DNA of 32,000 bases from Candidatus Saccharimonadota bacterium (GTDB lineage Bacteria > Patescibacteriota > Saccharimonadia > Saccharimonadales > UBA4665), in contig CP064992.1 in NCBI GenBank assembly GCA_016699935.1, forward strand, positions 870,001 through 902,000, read 5' to 3'. Below the pieces are notes generated by a model that was not told where the DNA came from, did not search any database, and saw only the letters and a program-made list of their open reading frames with translations. The position numbers and the translations under genes are program-made. This document shows, one piece after another, positions 18,229 through 28,806 of this stretch (position 1 is the stretch's first letter; each line of letters begins with the position of its first letter).

Positions 18229-19996
18229 TTAAGGGGTATCTTGGGAGAGGATGAGAACGGCGTAAGCAGGAGATTCAGGGTGGCGATGCGAAATTCATCC
18301 GTCGTGATTTCGTGTATGTCGGCTTCGTGGAAATCGGGGCTGTAGCCTTTCAGGTGCTGTTGAAACGGACTTGCCAGGTGCCGGGGAGTGGCAACTGCAT
18401 TTGGTAGTTTTCGTGGGCTTGATCACCGAAATTGACTATGATGAAGACATCATCACCTGCTCTTCCCCTGTCCCAGCGATGGTACCCGAGCACGCCATTG
18501 TTGTCGTCTTGGTGAAAAACAGCTGTACTTTGCCCGAGCAGCCCTGCAGTATTACCATGTCGGTTGAGGCGAAGATCTATCAAGTGACGATGTGCCAGTA
18601 CGAAACCATCGTATTTTTCTGCTTTTACCCACTCGAGCTCCTGCCAATCGTTAAAGCTCCCTTCTTGCAAAAATTCTTGACCCTGCAACAGCATGGGTAT
18701 GCCCGGTGAAGTAAGCATTACAGCGTCGGCTAGCAGTGATTGTTCGCGGGCATGTATATCGGCCGCATCGCCCGAGCTAGCCGCTTCGTTCAGTCGAACG
18801 GAACCGTTGGCGGCGGTGTCGTGCGAATCGCTAAAGATTATTTTTTCGTAAGCGTTGCCGTTGTAACGGCGCTCTAGTTCGTAGCGGACTCCCGCCAGTG
18901 TACGCCCACCGCGTAGACCTAGGCCGTCACGCAGAGCGTGCGGAAAACCTAGTTCCCACTGGGCATCAAAGGCGCAGCCTTGCTCAGTGCGCGGTTTGGT
19001 GAGGTAGGCGCTATTAGCACAGTCTTCGGCAATCATGATAGCCGATGGTTTGATTTTGTGCGCCAGCTCCACGATATCTTGCAGTAGGTACCAAGCATGG
19101 GATATGTCGTGAGCGGGATCGTTATCGTGACCTTCGGTGTTGCGCATGTATGTGGTGCTATCGACTCTCAAGCCATCAAGTCGATATTCACTAAGCCACA
19201 TCGTGACATTGTCTAGTATAAATTGACGTACTTCAGGCCGGCCATAGTCGGGTCGTCCACCCCAGGGTGTGTCGCCACGGACGTCATTGTAAAAATATAT
19301 GCCACCCCGGCCGTTTTCACTCCATCCGTCAAATTGCCAGAGGTCGGTTTCACCCGAGAAGTGGTTGTAGACGACATCGAGGATGACGGCAATGCCTTTT
19401 TTGTGGCATTCGCGAACGAACTTTAGTAGCCCATGCCGTCCGCCGTAGGCGTTTTCGACCGAGAACAAGTGGTTTGGCGCATAGCCCCAGCCGTACCCGT
19501 GTGCCATACTCGTCACCGGCATCAGCTCTATGACGTTGACGCCGAGCTCTTTTAGGTAGTCTAGTTTTTCCAGCGCATCATCGAAGCTGCCTATGGTCGC
19601 TGCATCGGGTCTGTTGAATGTACCGACATGGAGTTCGTAAATGATTTGCTCTTCTGGTGGAGCAGGCGAAAAGCTATCACCTTCCCAGTCAAAATTGGGG
19701 TCAATGATGACCGAGGCGCCATTATCTGAAGTCGTCAATTGCTGAGCGCGCGGATCGTTGCGCGTCAAGACCTGGCCGTCAGCCGTGGTAATCAGGTAAA
19801 CATAGTTTTGTCCGGACTCGATATTTTTAAGTCGAAGTGACCAGTAGCCGTCGGACTCGCTTGCCATGGCAAGTTCTTTGCCTGCGGCGACAGTTCCAGC
19901 TAACGCAACAGAGCGAGCAAATGGCGCCCACACCCGAAATTCTGTGTATTCCCCATGCCCAGTCACCCCCAAATTCTTTTTAAGCTGATGCGTCAT
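18229..19996 (-). CDS. GH13 alpha-amylase-family enzyme with an N-terminal CBM48 (branching-enzyme / TreZ-like). It has an in-frame TGA at 18350-18352 plus one later frameshift.
   Basis: FRVWAP...YWSL..Y.Y is CBM48-like. The catalytic regions are VIYELHVGTF, GWGYAP, AVILDVVYNH, LDGLRVD, MIAEDC and FSDSHD. After the TGA the same frame continues KGYSPDFHEADIHEI.. and ends ..PAYAVLILSQDTP* at 18229. Confidence 0.85.
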
Positions 19997-20015
19997 TGCT
20001 CTCTAGTATGAAAGC

Positions 20016-20331
20016 ATGAGCGGTTTTAGGCAACCCCAGATTAATGCGGGCTTTCGCGCCCGCACAGCGACCAGGACCTTTTGCTGCCAAAAGGTCCTGG
20101 ACCTAAAACCAGGCCAAAGACTTCACCTCTTGGTCAGCTCTTGTCAGTTCTATAACCAACACGACAACTCGTTCGCCCTGGATTGCCACCGGCAATCCAG
20201 GCCTCTCTCAGACAAGTCGTGCCGCCTGCCGGAAGTTGTAGAGCCTGACAACATCTGAGCCAGGAGTCTCCGCATGGCCATCATTAGTTAATGTCGCTTA
20301 CACGACAAATATTTGCGGCCTTAAGGCCGCA
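20016..20331 (+). ncRNA. Element A: hairpin-rich structured element paralogous to 30130-30505 (candidate ncRNA; strand tentative)
   Basis: Hairpins: gcgggc/gcccgc (20046-20063), ccaggacctttt/aaaaggtcctgg (20071-20100) and cctggattgcc/ggcaatccagg. A conserved 3' block spans 20232-20331 and ends in gcggccttaaggccgc. A TAGTAT box lies at 20004-20009, and a strong terminator follows at 20342-20375. Confidence 0.4.
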
Positions 20332-20341
20332 TGGAATAATT

Positions 20342-20375
20342 AAAACTATTCTCGGATTTATTTCGAGAATAGTTT
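20342..20375. terminator. Strong bidirectional intrinsic terminator (13-bp perfect stem), downstream of purH and of element A
   Basis: aaaactattctcg-gatttatt-cgagaatagtttt. Two further hairpins (20401-20422 and 20428-20455) sit between it and the purH stop. Confidence 0.7.
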
Positions 20376-20459
20376 TATAAGTTCCCAGGAAAGAGCAGCC
20401 GGAGCTGCGGCTATGCAGCTCCGCGCGATGAGAGAACCTATCTCGGTTCTCTCATTATC

Positions 20460-22092
20460 CTAGTGGCCGAAGAAGCCGCGGCCTAGTTTGTCGGGGAGCA
20501 TGGTGGTAGAGACGTTACGATCGGCGAGGGTTTTCACGACTTCTGGGTCTTTGACGGAGCCAGATGATGTCAGGATGGTGGTTATGCCGGCGTCGGCCAG
20601 TACTAGTGGGCCGTCGGGGAATGGGAAGAAACTGTCGCTGTAGGCTGTGGCACCCTTTAGGTCGTGGTCACGGCTGGTTGCGCGGGTGACGGCAAGTTTG
20701 GCTGCCCCTACCCTGTCTTGCTGGCCAACCCCATTGCCGAGCATGCGGCCGTCTTTGACTATGCAAATGGTGTTACTATTGCTGGTGCTACCGACTGCCC
20801 AGGCTTGTACCATGTCGCGTTGTTGCTGTTCAGTGACGGTGCCATTTTGTTCTATGTAGTCGGCCTTCAGGTCGACAACAAAGGTGTAATTTGGCTGTAC
20901 TAGCATACCACCGCGAACATTGCGGTAGATTGGCGCGGTTTCGAGGGATTCTTTTGTAAGCGTTGCCAGGGCTGGGTTGGTCACGATGCGCAGTTTTGCC
21001 CGACTCAATATTTCCATAGCTTCGGGTGTCACTTCACTGCCGACTACGCCGTCCAACAGGCGGTTTTGACCGTCTGGCATATGGTACTGCATGAGAGCCG
21101 TCGCAACACTGGCATCGATGACGCCATTTAGCATGACGACACCGCCGAAGATGGCTATTTCGTCGCCCTCTAGCATTTTCTGGACTGCTTCTACAGCTGT
21201 GTCAGCCACCCCTGCCCCGCAAGCATTGCCGTGCTTGACACCTACGGCAATGGCTGGGACTTTGCCGAAATTCTCCTCAAACCCAGCGGCGATGTGCGTG
21301 ACGGTTTGTAGCAAACGGTGCATGTCAGTTTCGTTGATATAGCTCAGCTCCCACCCTTTTGGTGGGTAAACTGGTCAAGCCCAAGTGGGTCGGTGGCCAC
21401 GCGGTTATCGGCGTATAGCCCAGCTGGGGTTTGCCAAGGGTTCTCGCCGTATTTGGTGGGTGCAACACGGCGGCCAATCCAGCCAGCGACTTCATCACCA
21501 CCATGGTAGCGGGCAGAAATCATAATGTAGCGGGCGCATTCGTACTCGGCGATGGCACAAAGTTCGTCTCGGAAAGCTTTTTCGTCGGGTTTACCATCTG
21601 TTAACCAGGTCTGTAGCACTTCACTTCGTTGGTCAGCGCGAGATAGCACAATGCGCCGGGCTTTTGCTCCGGCTCGCAGCATGGTCGGACCACCGATATC
21701 GGTTTTTCGATGACACTTTGCAAGGTGGCAGTGCCGCTGGCAATCTCTTCCTCTAGTGGGTACATATCGACTGCCACGAGGTCGATGAATGGAATGCCGC
21801 GCTCTTTAAGCTCGGCTAAATCTTCTGGCTTCTCGGCATCGGCCAGCAAGCCACTGTGAATTTCTCTCGATAGCGTCACGACGCGGTGCCCAAGTATTGC
21901 CTCCCCGCCAACCAGCTCTGCGACATCCGTAACCGGCACGCCAGCCTCGGCAACGACTTTCGCCGTGCCACCCGACGATATGATATTCCAGCCCAGCTCA
22001 TGCAAGCCCTTGGCAAACTCGGCTATCCCGGTTTTGTCGTACACGGAAAGCAGTGCGTTCTGGTTTGTTTTTAGTAAGTGGTCGATAGACAT
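20460..22092 (-). CDS. purH: Bifunctional AICAR transformylase / IMP cyclohydrolase (PurH), with two frameshifts (T5 run at 21703-21707; about 21345-21360)
   Basis: N-terminal MGS-like domain reads ALLSVYDKTGIAEFAKGL..ISSGGTAK..DLVAVDMYPL..(TDIGGPTMLRAGAKA after correction). The C-terminal AICARFT domain reads ..VGVKHGNACGAGV...AYSDSFFPFPDG...RGFFGH. SD aaaggag lies upstream of ATG 22092. Confidence 0.9.
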
Positions 22093-22133
22093 AGTGCTCC
22101 TTTAACTTGAGAATGATTAGTGATTTTTCAATG

Positions 22134-22879
22134 CTACACGTTTACTTGTGTGTGCTTGTTTATCGTGTGTATCTGTACATCTTGGTTAGTTAGGCTAAAG
22201 GCCATAACTGCCACAGCGACGCGCGTATCGGGGTTGAGGCTATTCCAAAGCAGATTCGCCATATCTTCAGCATTCCCCATGAGTGGCAAAACAAATGGGT
22301 CTTCGTTGTAAGGCGATAGAATACCGCTATCTTCTCCTTGGTAGGTGTGGATTGCGCGTCCGATGCCGTCATGCAGAGGTAACTCATTTCCATCGAGTGT
22401 ATCGTATCGCCAGGTTTTATGAATCGCTTCGTCTCCGACTTTCTTGACAATAGAAATGCCCGCAACTTTTTGTCCAATCTCTACGAAACCAGAGATCCTG
22501 GGTGTGTAGTTAGGACTATCCGGTTCATACAATAAAGTAATCGCGGCGTCTTCAAATGATTTTCCGCAGCGAAGATACCTACCAAAAGTATCTGTCTGGT
22601 TGCCGTTTGAAACTACAACGCTGTCGTCGAATCTTCGAATAGCATCATAGATTGTGAGATCAGGATCACCAACTCCTTGGCCGGGATCGTGCGGTGCGGT
22701 GCTCTAATGTTGTCTTGAGTATCTAGTATTCGGTTTTGCGATCCCGCACTACGGCCACCGATACAATAGCCAATAATTGCCACATCGTCGTAGTAGCCTA
22801 CAACGAGTAAGCGGCCTGGATATGGGTTAGCCCGTAATATGTCCAAGTTTGTTTCTGGTGAGCTAACATATTGAGACAT
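22134..22879 (-). CDS. purO: PurO-type (archaeal-like) IMP cyclohydrolase family protein, with one frameshift near 22705-22715
   Basis: YPGRLLVVGYYDDVAIIGYCIGGRSAGSQNRIL, then (after the shift) DPDLTIYDAIRRFDDSVVVSNGNQTDTF..LLYEPDSPNYTPRISGFVE. SD aaggagag lies upstream. Confidence 0.65.
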
Positions 22880-22894
22880 TTTATCTCTCCTTGA

Positions 22895-25800
22895 TTATGA
22901 ATTATTAATCTTTACCGCCCACTCATATGCATTCATGAACATATGCATCCAAGGTGACGCTACGCCCCAATCGGCGGGGTGCCAGGAAAGCTGGCGGGTT
23001 AGGAAGGCGCGTTCGGGGTGAGGCATAATGATGGTGGCGCGGCCATCTGGTGTGGTTAGGGCTGTGATGCCATGTGGCGAGCCGTTGGGGTTGGCTGGAT
23101 AGGCTTCGGTGGGGTTGTGCTGGCTGTCGACGTATTGCGCAGCGACGAGGCCGTTTTTCACCGCATTTGCCCTTTCTGCATCTGTAGTAAACATCGCATA
23201 ACCTTCACCGTGAGCGGTCGGAATCGGCAGGACTGAACCCTCCATGCCAGCGAAAAATATGGACGGCGTTTTGTTTAGCCGGACTTGCGGTAGTCGTGCC
23301 TCGAACCGCTCACTACGGTTCTGGAGGAAGCGCGGCCAGGCTTCTGCACCAGGGATAAGTTCTTTGAGCTCAGAGAGCATTTGGCAGCCGTTGCAAACAC
23401 CGAGGCTAAAGGTATCGGGACGTTCGAAGAATGATTTGAACTGGGCGCGAAGTTTTTTGTCAAAAAGTATGGTCTTGGCCCAGCCACCGCCAGCGCCCAG
23501 AACATCGCCGTAGCTGAAGCCACCACAAGCGACCAATCCGACAAAGTTATCGAGATTAGTATTGCCGGCAATTATGTCATTTAGGTGGACATCGACAGCT
23601 GTGAAACCGGCGCGGTCAAAGGCGGCGGCCATTTCTATTTGGCCGTTAACGCCTTGTTCGCGGAGGATGGCGACCCGTGGACGATCCTTTTTCGATTTTC
23701 GAAGAGGGGCTCGCCCCTCTTGAGGTGAACTCATCGCTTCGCTCGAGTCCAGCCTCCACTCCCCCGCTCGCTGCTCGCTCGCGCAGCCGCTACGCAGCGG
23801 TTCGGCCGCTGTCGCGGCCTCAGAGACACTGGCGCTCGAAGCCTGAGCGTCTTGTGTCCGTGCTGTATCTTCGCTCGCGCCGCCGCTACGCAGCGGTTCG
23901 GCCGCTGTCGCGGCCTCATTTGTTTGATTTCTTAATGCAGCTACTCTTATCTCATAACTCTTATCTCTTAACTCTAGCAATGGGTTTAGCCCCGGATCGT
24001 CGTCATTACGTATGGCGGTATATTCTTCTTCGGCGCAGGCGGGATTATCGCGCAATTTTTGTATGCGGTAACTTGTCTCGGCCCACCACTGTTCCAGCTG
24101 CGCCCGAGTATTTTTGTAGACCACTTTCTGGCCGTCTCGGAATATAACATCCTGTGTTTTTGATGGTACTCCTACGACATACGCATTTTCACCAAACACC
24201 TGGGATACGGTTTTTGCATCTGATGATTTCACCTGGATGACGACACCGAGCTCTTCATTGAAAAGCTTTGCTATGGTCTCCTGCCTTGTCATTCCTGCCG
24301 AAGTGGAGGAATTTTCTTTTAATTTTTCAGAAGATCTTTCGATTACTCCTTCGGCTTTGCTCAAGATGACAGTACTAGGAAGTGTAGTGAGGTCTATGTC
24401 GAGGCCGCAGCGGCTGGCAAAGGCCATTTCGCACAGGGTTGTGAAAAGACCACCATCGGAACGGTCGTGGTACGCCAGAAGGTAGTTTTTAGTTTTTCGT
24501 TTGTAGAGGGCGGCCGCAAAGTTTTTCAAAATGGCTGGGTCGGCGTCGGGAGTTTCGCCGCCAAGTTCGTTGTAGACCTGCGCAAATGCGGAGCCTCCCA
24601 GTCTTGTGTGCCCACCGGAAAGATCAACGAAAAGCAATACGGAATCCTCTGTAGTATCGAGCTGCGGAGTTAACGTTTTCGTTACGTCGCTTACGGGGCT
24701 AAAGCCGGTGATAATGAGGCTGAGGGGTGAGGTGACTGATTTGGCTTTGTCGCCGTCTTGCCAGGTGGAACGCATACTTAGGGAATCTTTGCCGACCGGT
24801 ATGGTGATGCCGAGGGCGGGACAGAACTCTTCGCCTACAGAGTAGACAGTGTCGTAAAGTGCCTGATCTTCTTCACCGTGACCAGCGGCTGCCATCCAGT
24901 TGGCTGATAGTTTTATGTCACTGAGCTTTTCGATGTCTGCTGCTAGCATATTGGTGATGGTTTCGGCGATAGCCATTCGACCCGAAGCGGGTGCGTTGGT
25001 GACAGCGAGTGGGGTACGTTCTCCCATAGCCATAGCCTCGCCGTGATCGCTGTCGAAGCCGACGGCAGAGACGGCGACATCACTGACTGGCACTTGCCAC
25101 GGACCGACCATTTGGTCTCGGGCGATTAGCCCGGTGACGGTTCTATCGCCAATGGTGATGAGAAATTTCTTACTGCCCACGGCTGGTATATGCAAAACGC
25201 GCCTGGCGGCTTCTTCGAGGTCGATATTTTCCAGCCAGCTATCCTTTGACGTCATTCTGAGCGAAGTCGAAGAATCTACCAGTTCGTTGTTTTGTGAAGA
25301 TCTTTCGACTGCGCCTTCGGCTTCGCTCAAGATGACAGTGGTGGCGATAGGGCTGGGCGCGCGGGTGAATTCGCGGGTCATTTTGGGCGGTTTGCCGAAG
25401 AGCGTGCTCATAGGCAAATCGACAGTGTTATTTTCAAGTAAACTATCGTGGACAACGAGCCGATCTTCGTCCACCGCCGTGCCGATGATACTGTAAGGGC
25501 AGCGCTCCCGCTCGCACAATGCAGTGAACTCGGCGACATCTTTTCGTGGAGACCTATGACATAGCGCTCTTGGGCTTCGTTGCACCAAATTTCCATCGGT
25601 GACATGCCAAGGTCGGCATTGTTGATTTCGCGCAGTTCTACGTGGGCACCAAGTCCGGCATCGTGCACCAGCTCTGGTACGGCGTTGCAGTAGCCACCGG
25701 CACCGATATCGTGAATCATGACGATGGGATTTTCTGCACTGGCCCAACAGGCGTCAATAACTTCTTGGGCTCGGCGTTCCATCTCGCCATTGCCACGTTG

Positions 25801-27174
25801 GACAGATGCGAAGTCTAGGTCGGCGCTACTGGAGCCAGTTTGCATGCTACTTGCAGCTCCACCACCCAGACCGATTAGCATAGCTGGACCACCCAAGATG
25901 ATGATTTTATCGCCAGGTTGCAATTTGCCCTTCTGGACATGCTGATCACGGATGTTACCTAGGCCACCGGCAATCATGATAGGCTTGTGATAGCCACGGA
26001 CTTCGTGGCCATCACTTTGCTCGTACGTTCTGAAGTAGCCTGCGAGGTTGGGACGGCCGAATTCATTGGCAAAGGCTGCTCCTCCCAATGGTGCTTCGAG
26101 CATTATCCCCAAAGGCGAGGTAATGCGGTCGGGTTTGCCGTAAGGCTTTTCCCACGGTTGTGTTGCATCGGGAAGTTGCAGGTTTGAAACGCTAAAACCG
26201 GCTAGCCCCATTTTGGGCTTAGCACCGCGGCCAGTGGCGCCTTCGTCACGGATCTCGCCACCCGTGCCAGTGGCGGCTCCAGGAAACGGTGCAATTGCCG
26301 TCGGGTGATTGTGCGTCTCGACCTTGATAACAGTGTGGATTGGTTCCTGTGTGTAGCTGTACTCGTGTGAATCTGGGTTTGGGAAGAACCGCCCAGCAGT
26401 CGGGCCAGCCAGCACAGCGGCGTTATCCGAATAAGCGCTTAGTACATTCTCGCCACCCCATTCAAAGGTGTTACGGATCATTTTGAATAAACTTTTGGGT
26501 TTCTGGCCGTCTATGACCCAGTCGGCATGGAAAATTTTGTGGCGGCAATGCTCGCTGTTTACCTGGCCAAACATCATCAGTTCAGCGTCGCTGGGGTTAC
26601 GACCAAGCTCGGTGTAGGCGGCAACCAGATAATCGATTTCGTCGGCGCTGAGCGCCAGGCCCTGCTCGGTATTGGCCTTTTCGAGAGCTTCTTTGCCACC
26701 TCTCAGTACGTCGACAATGATGAGCGGTTTTGGTTGCGGGTCAGCGAAGAGAGCTTCGGCTGCCTCGAGCGAGTCGAGCACGGCTTCTGTCATGCGGTCG
26801 TGGAGGAGCGGCGCCACCATGTCACGCTTAGCAGAGTCTATGTAGTAAACAATACCGCGCTCAATCCGATTTACCTGGTTTAGTCCGGCGTTATGAGCGA
26901 TGTCGGTCGCCTTGCTCGACCACGGTGAAATGGTACCCGGACGTGGTACAACCAAATACATTACCCCTGACCTCTTACCAGTGTACGGTGTATCGTAAGT
27001 CAGTAATTTGGTAAGTTCAGCTTCATCATGGGCAGAAAGCTTTGATGCTACATCGACAAAGTGGACAAACTCTGCGCTCACGTTGCGCACATTTTTGTCG
27101 ACAGCCGCTAGGAGTTTGAGCAAACTATTTGCTTTAGAATCGGATAACGCGTTTATTCCTTTATAAACCTGCAC
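22895..27174 (-). CDS. purL: Large single-chain FGAM synthase (lgPurL: N-domain, synthetase and glutaminase). It has one frameshift at the T4 run 25541-25544 and carries three repeat-derived in-frame insertions.
   Basis: [104 protein letters not shown] and MPHPER are present. The GTG start at 27174 overlaps the purM stop. Confidence 0.9.
23775..23918. repeat. Two 48-nt direct repeats (23775-23822 and 23871-23918; 1 mismatch) separated by 48 nt, inside the purL linker
   Basis: tcgctcgcgc[a/c]gccgctacgcagcggttcggccgctgtcgcggcctca. Each repeat contains the small hairpins ccgct/agcgg and ggccgc/gcggcc. It translates as [12 protein letters not shown][G/C]ASE, twice. Confidence 0.85.
23941..23977. 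repeat. Single CTCTTA/TAAGAG-family arm inside the purL coding sequence
   Basis: ctactcttatctcataactcttatctcttaactctag. It translates (minus strand) as [13 protein letters not shown]. Confidence 0.75.
24288..24370. repeat. Double-hairpin palindromic element inserted in-frame in purL (copy 2)
   Basis: gtcattcctgccgaagtggaggaatt...gatctttcgattactccttcggctttgctcaagatgac. It translates as [28 protein letters not shown]. Confidence 0.8.
25251..25337. repeat. Double-hairpin palindromic element inserted in-frame in purL (copy 1; 87 nt = 29 codons)
   Basis: gtcattctgagcgaagtcgaagaatc...gatctttcgactgcgccttcggcttcgctcaagatgaca. It translates as [29 protein letters not shown]. Confidence 0.85.
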
Positions 27175-28271
27175 TAGCGCACCTCCAGCGTCTCACCGCC
27201 AAACGTGATATTAACGGGTTCAATCACAACCTGCTTTGGCCCGGTCTCTACCACGCCACCTTGCCATGCTTTTATACCACATTTTTGAGCGATTTCTATG
27301 GTCTGGATGGCCTGATCTGCCGGTACAAATACGGCATACCCCGCGCCCATATTATAGTTGTGATACATATCTTCAATGCTGTTGCCTGAATGTTCTTGTA
27401 TGAATGCAAAAACAGGTTGAGGCGTACCGATATCTGTCATTCGATATGTTAGCTTTGGTTTGCCGCGCATGAGTTTGCGCCAACCATGCCCAGTAATATT
27501 TGAAACATAGTGTAAGTCAATATTTTTCGCAAATAGTTCCTGCAATACTTCTGCGTACAAGATTGTTGGTTGTAGCAGTGCCACACCAAACTCATTACCA
27601 TCTGATAATTTAGTGTGGTAGCCATCCGGAAGCTGCTCGGCAATTTGTCGTGTCATGCTTATACCATTGGCATGTACACCGCTCGATTCAAGGAGGATAA
27701 TGGCATCGCCGGCAGCTAAGTTGGCATCTTGCACTATTCGACTTTTAGGTGTGATAACGCCAAATCCACTGCCTGCAAATTCAAGTGCGCCGGGAGTAAC
27801 AATACCTGGTAGTGATTGCGTCTCACCTCCGCCCCATACCACGCCAGCCTTGTCACACGCCGCACGCCAGCCTTTTATAAAGTCGGTTGTCAGTTTGTTG
27901 TCGGCTAGCCAATCGTATGATTGTGCCGACCAATAGGCGTTTAGTACAACTGGTTTCGCACCAACGCTAATCAGATCATTTATCACTGTTGCCACCGTGT
28001 CTTGCGCAATTGCAGCGAAATACGATGTGCCGGTGTCTTGGTAAACTTTCTGAGCGATTAAGCTTTTTGTCCCTAAGCCTTCTTGTACGAGCGCACCATA
28101 ACGATCTCCCATATCAAACACATAAGCTGACTCACCACGCGTGCCAGAAACTTCGCTGTAGCCATATGGCATATTGCTTGCCGTAGCCAAACCTTCTTTT
28201 TGAGCCAGAACCTTAGCCGGGTCGGCCAGATCATAATTTACCGATGCGTAGTAATCAAGTTTTTTCGTCAT
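27174..28271 (-). CDS. purM: AIR synthase (PurM-family) protein
   Basis: The ORF is intact. The likely start is ATG 28271 (MTKKLDYY), which forms an ATGA overlap with the purE stop. PurM-like N- and C-domains are present (..GGETQSLPG.., ..SSGVHANG.., ..NITGHGW.., ..[10 protein letters not shown]..). It is divergent from E. coli-type PurM. Confidence 0.75.
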   Translation of the reverse strand: MTKKLDYYASVNYDLADPAKVLAQKEGLATASNMPYGYSEVSGTRGESAYVFDMGDRYGALVQEGLGTKSLIAQKVYQDTGTSYFAAIAQDTVATVINDLISVGAKPVVLNAYWSAQSYDWLADNKLTTDFIKGWRAACDKAGVVWGGGETQSLPGIVTPGALEFAGSGFGVITPKSRIVQDANLAAGDAIILLESSGVHANGISMTRQIAEQLPDGYHTKLSDGNEFGVALLQPTILYAEVLQELFAKNIDLHYVSNITGHGWRKLMRGKPKLTYRMTDIGTPQPVFAFIQEHSGNSIEDMYHNYNMGAGYAVFVPADQAIQTIEIAQKCGIKAWQGGVVETGPKQVVIEPVNITFGGETLEVR

Positions 28272-28789
28272 GATTTGTTCTCCTTTAGATATGTTTCCCA
28301 ACCTTCGGTTTGGAGTTTGGCGTCGGTTTTGAGGACGCTGTCGTGTTGTTTTTGGCGAAAAGTTTCGTAGCGGGTTGCGAGGTCAGTATCCATGAGGGCC
28401 AGGATTTCTATGGCCAGCAAGGCACCGTTACGGGCGCCGTTTTCGGGCATGGTTGCCAGTGGTATACCCGGGGGCATCTTTATACTGGACCAAAATGCTT
28501 CGTGGCCGTGATGGTCACGCTTCACAGGTATGGCTATGACTGGTAGTGTGGTGTGGCTGGCTGTCATACCGGGCAAATGCGCCGATCCGCCTGCTCCGGC
28601 GATGATGACCTTGAGTCCCCGTTCGGCTGCTGAGCTTGCGTAGGCACCCATTTCCTCTGGTGTACGGTGTGCAGAAATAACCCGAACCTCGTAGGCTACG
28701 TTAAATTCGTCTAGCAGCTTTGCGGCTTCGCTCATGATATCGAGGTCACTATCCGACCCCATGATGATTCCTACTAATGGCTGGCTCAT
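28268..28789 (-). CDS. purE: N5-carboxyaminoimidazole ribonucleotide mutase (class I PurE)
   Basis: VGIIMGSDSDL, ISAHRTP, IIAGAGGSAHLPGM are present. Intact 173 aa, next to purK. Confidence 0.9.
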   Translation of the reverse strand: MSQPLVGIIMGSDSDLDIMSEAAKLLDEFNVAYEVRVISAHRTPEEMGAYASSAAERGLKVIIAGAGGSAHLPGMTASHTTLPVIAIPVKRDHHGHEAFWSSIKMPPGIPLATMPENGARNGALLAIEILALMDTDLATRYETFRQKQHDSVLKTDAKLQTEGWETYLKENKS

Positions 28790-28806
28790 ACAGCCTCCTT
28801 TCCTTT

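Noticed and set aside
18350-18352. TGA reassignment (code 4/25) suggested by the in-frame TGA in GH13.
   Set aside because: TGA ends several genes exactly where homologs are expected to end, and it forms ATGA stop/start overlaps (11705, 11366, 10875, 28268). Standard code 11 fits the whole window.
20016-20258. The 80-aa ORF in element A, and ORFs 30130..30381, 30141..30416 and 30275..30526 in element B, as protein-coding genes.
   Set aside because: The two elements share only about 8 translated residues (EVVE[PA]DNI). The ORFs run through perfect hairpins, they overlap each other in several frames, and the sequence differences between copies are compensatory in stems rather than synonymous in codons.
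23775-23918. 48-nt direct repeats separated by a 48-nt spacer, which look superficially like a mini-CRISPR.
   Set aside because: There are only two copies. They lie inside the open purL reading frame, no cas genes or leader are present, and the repeats belong to the local hairpin-repeat milieu.
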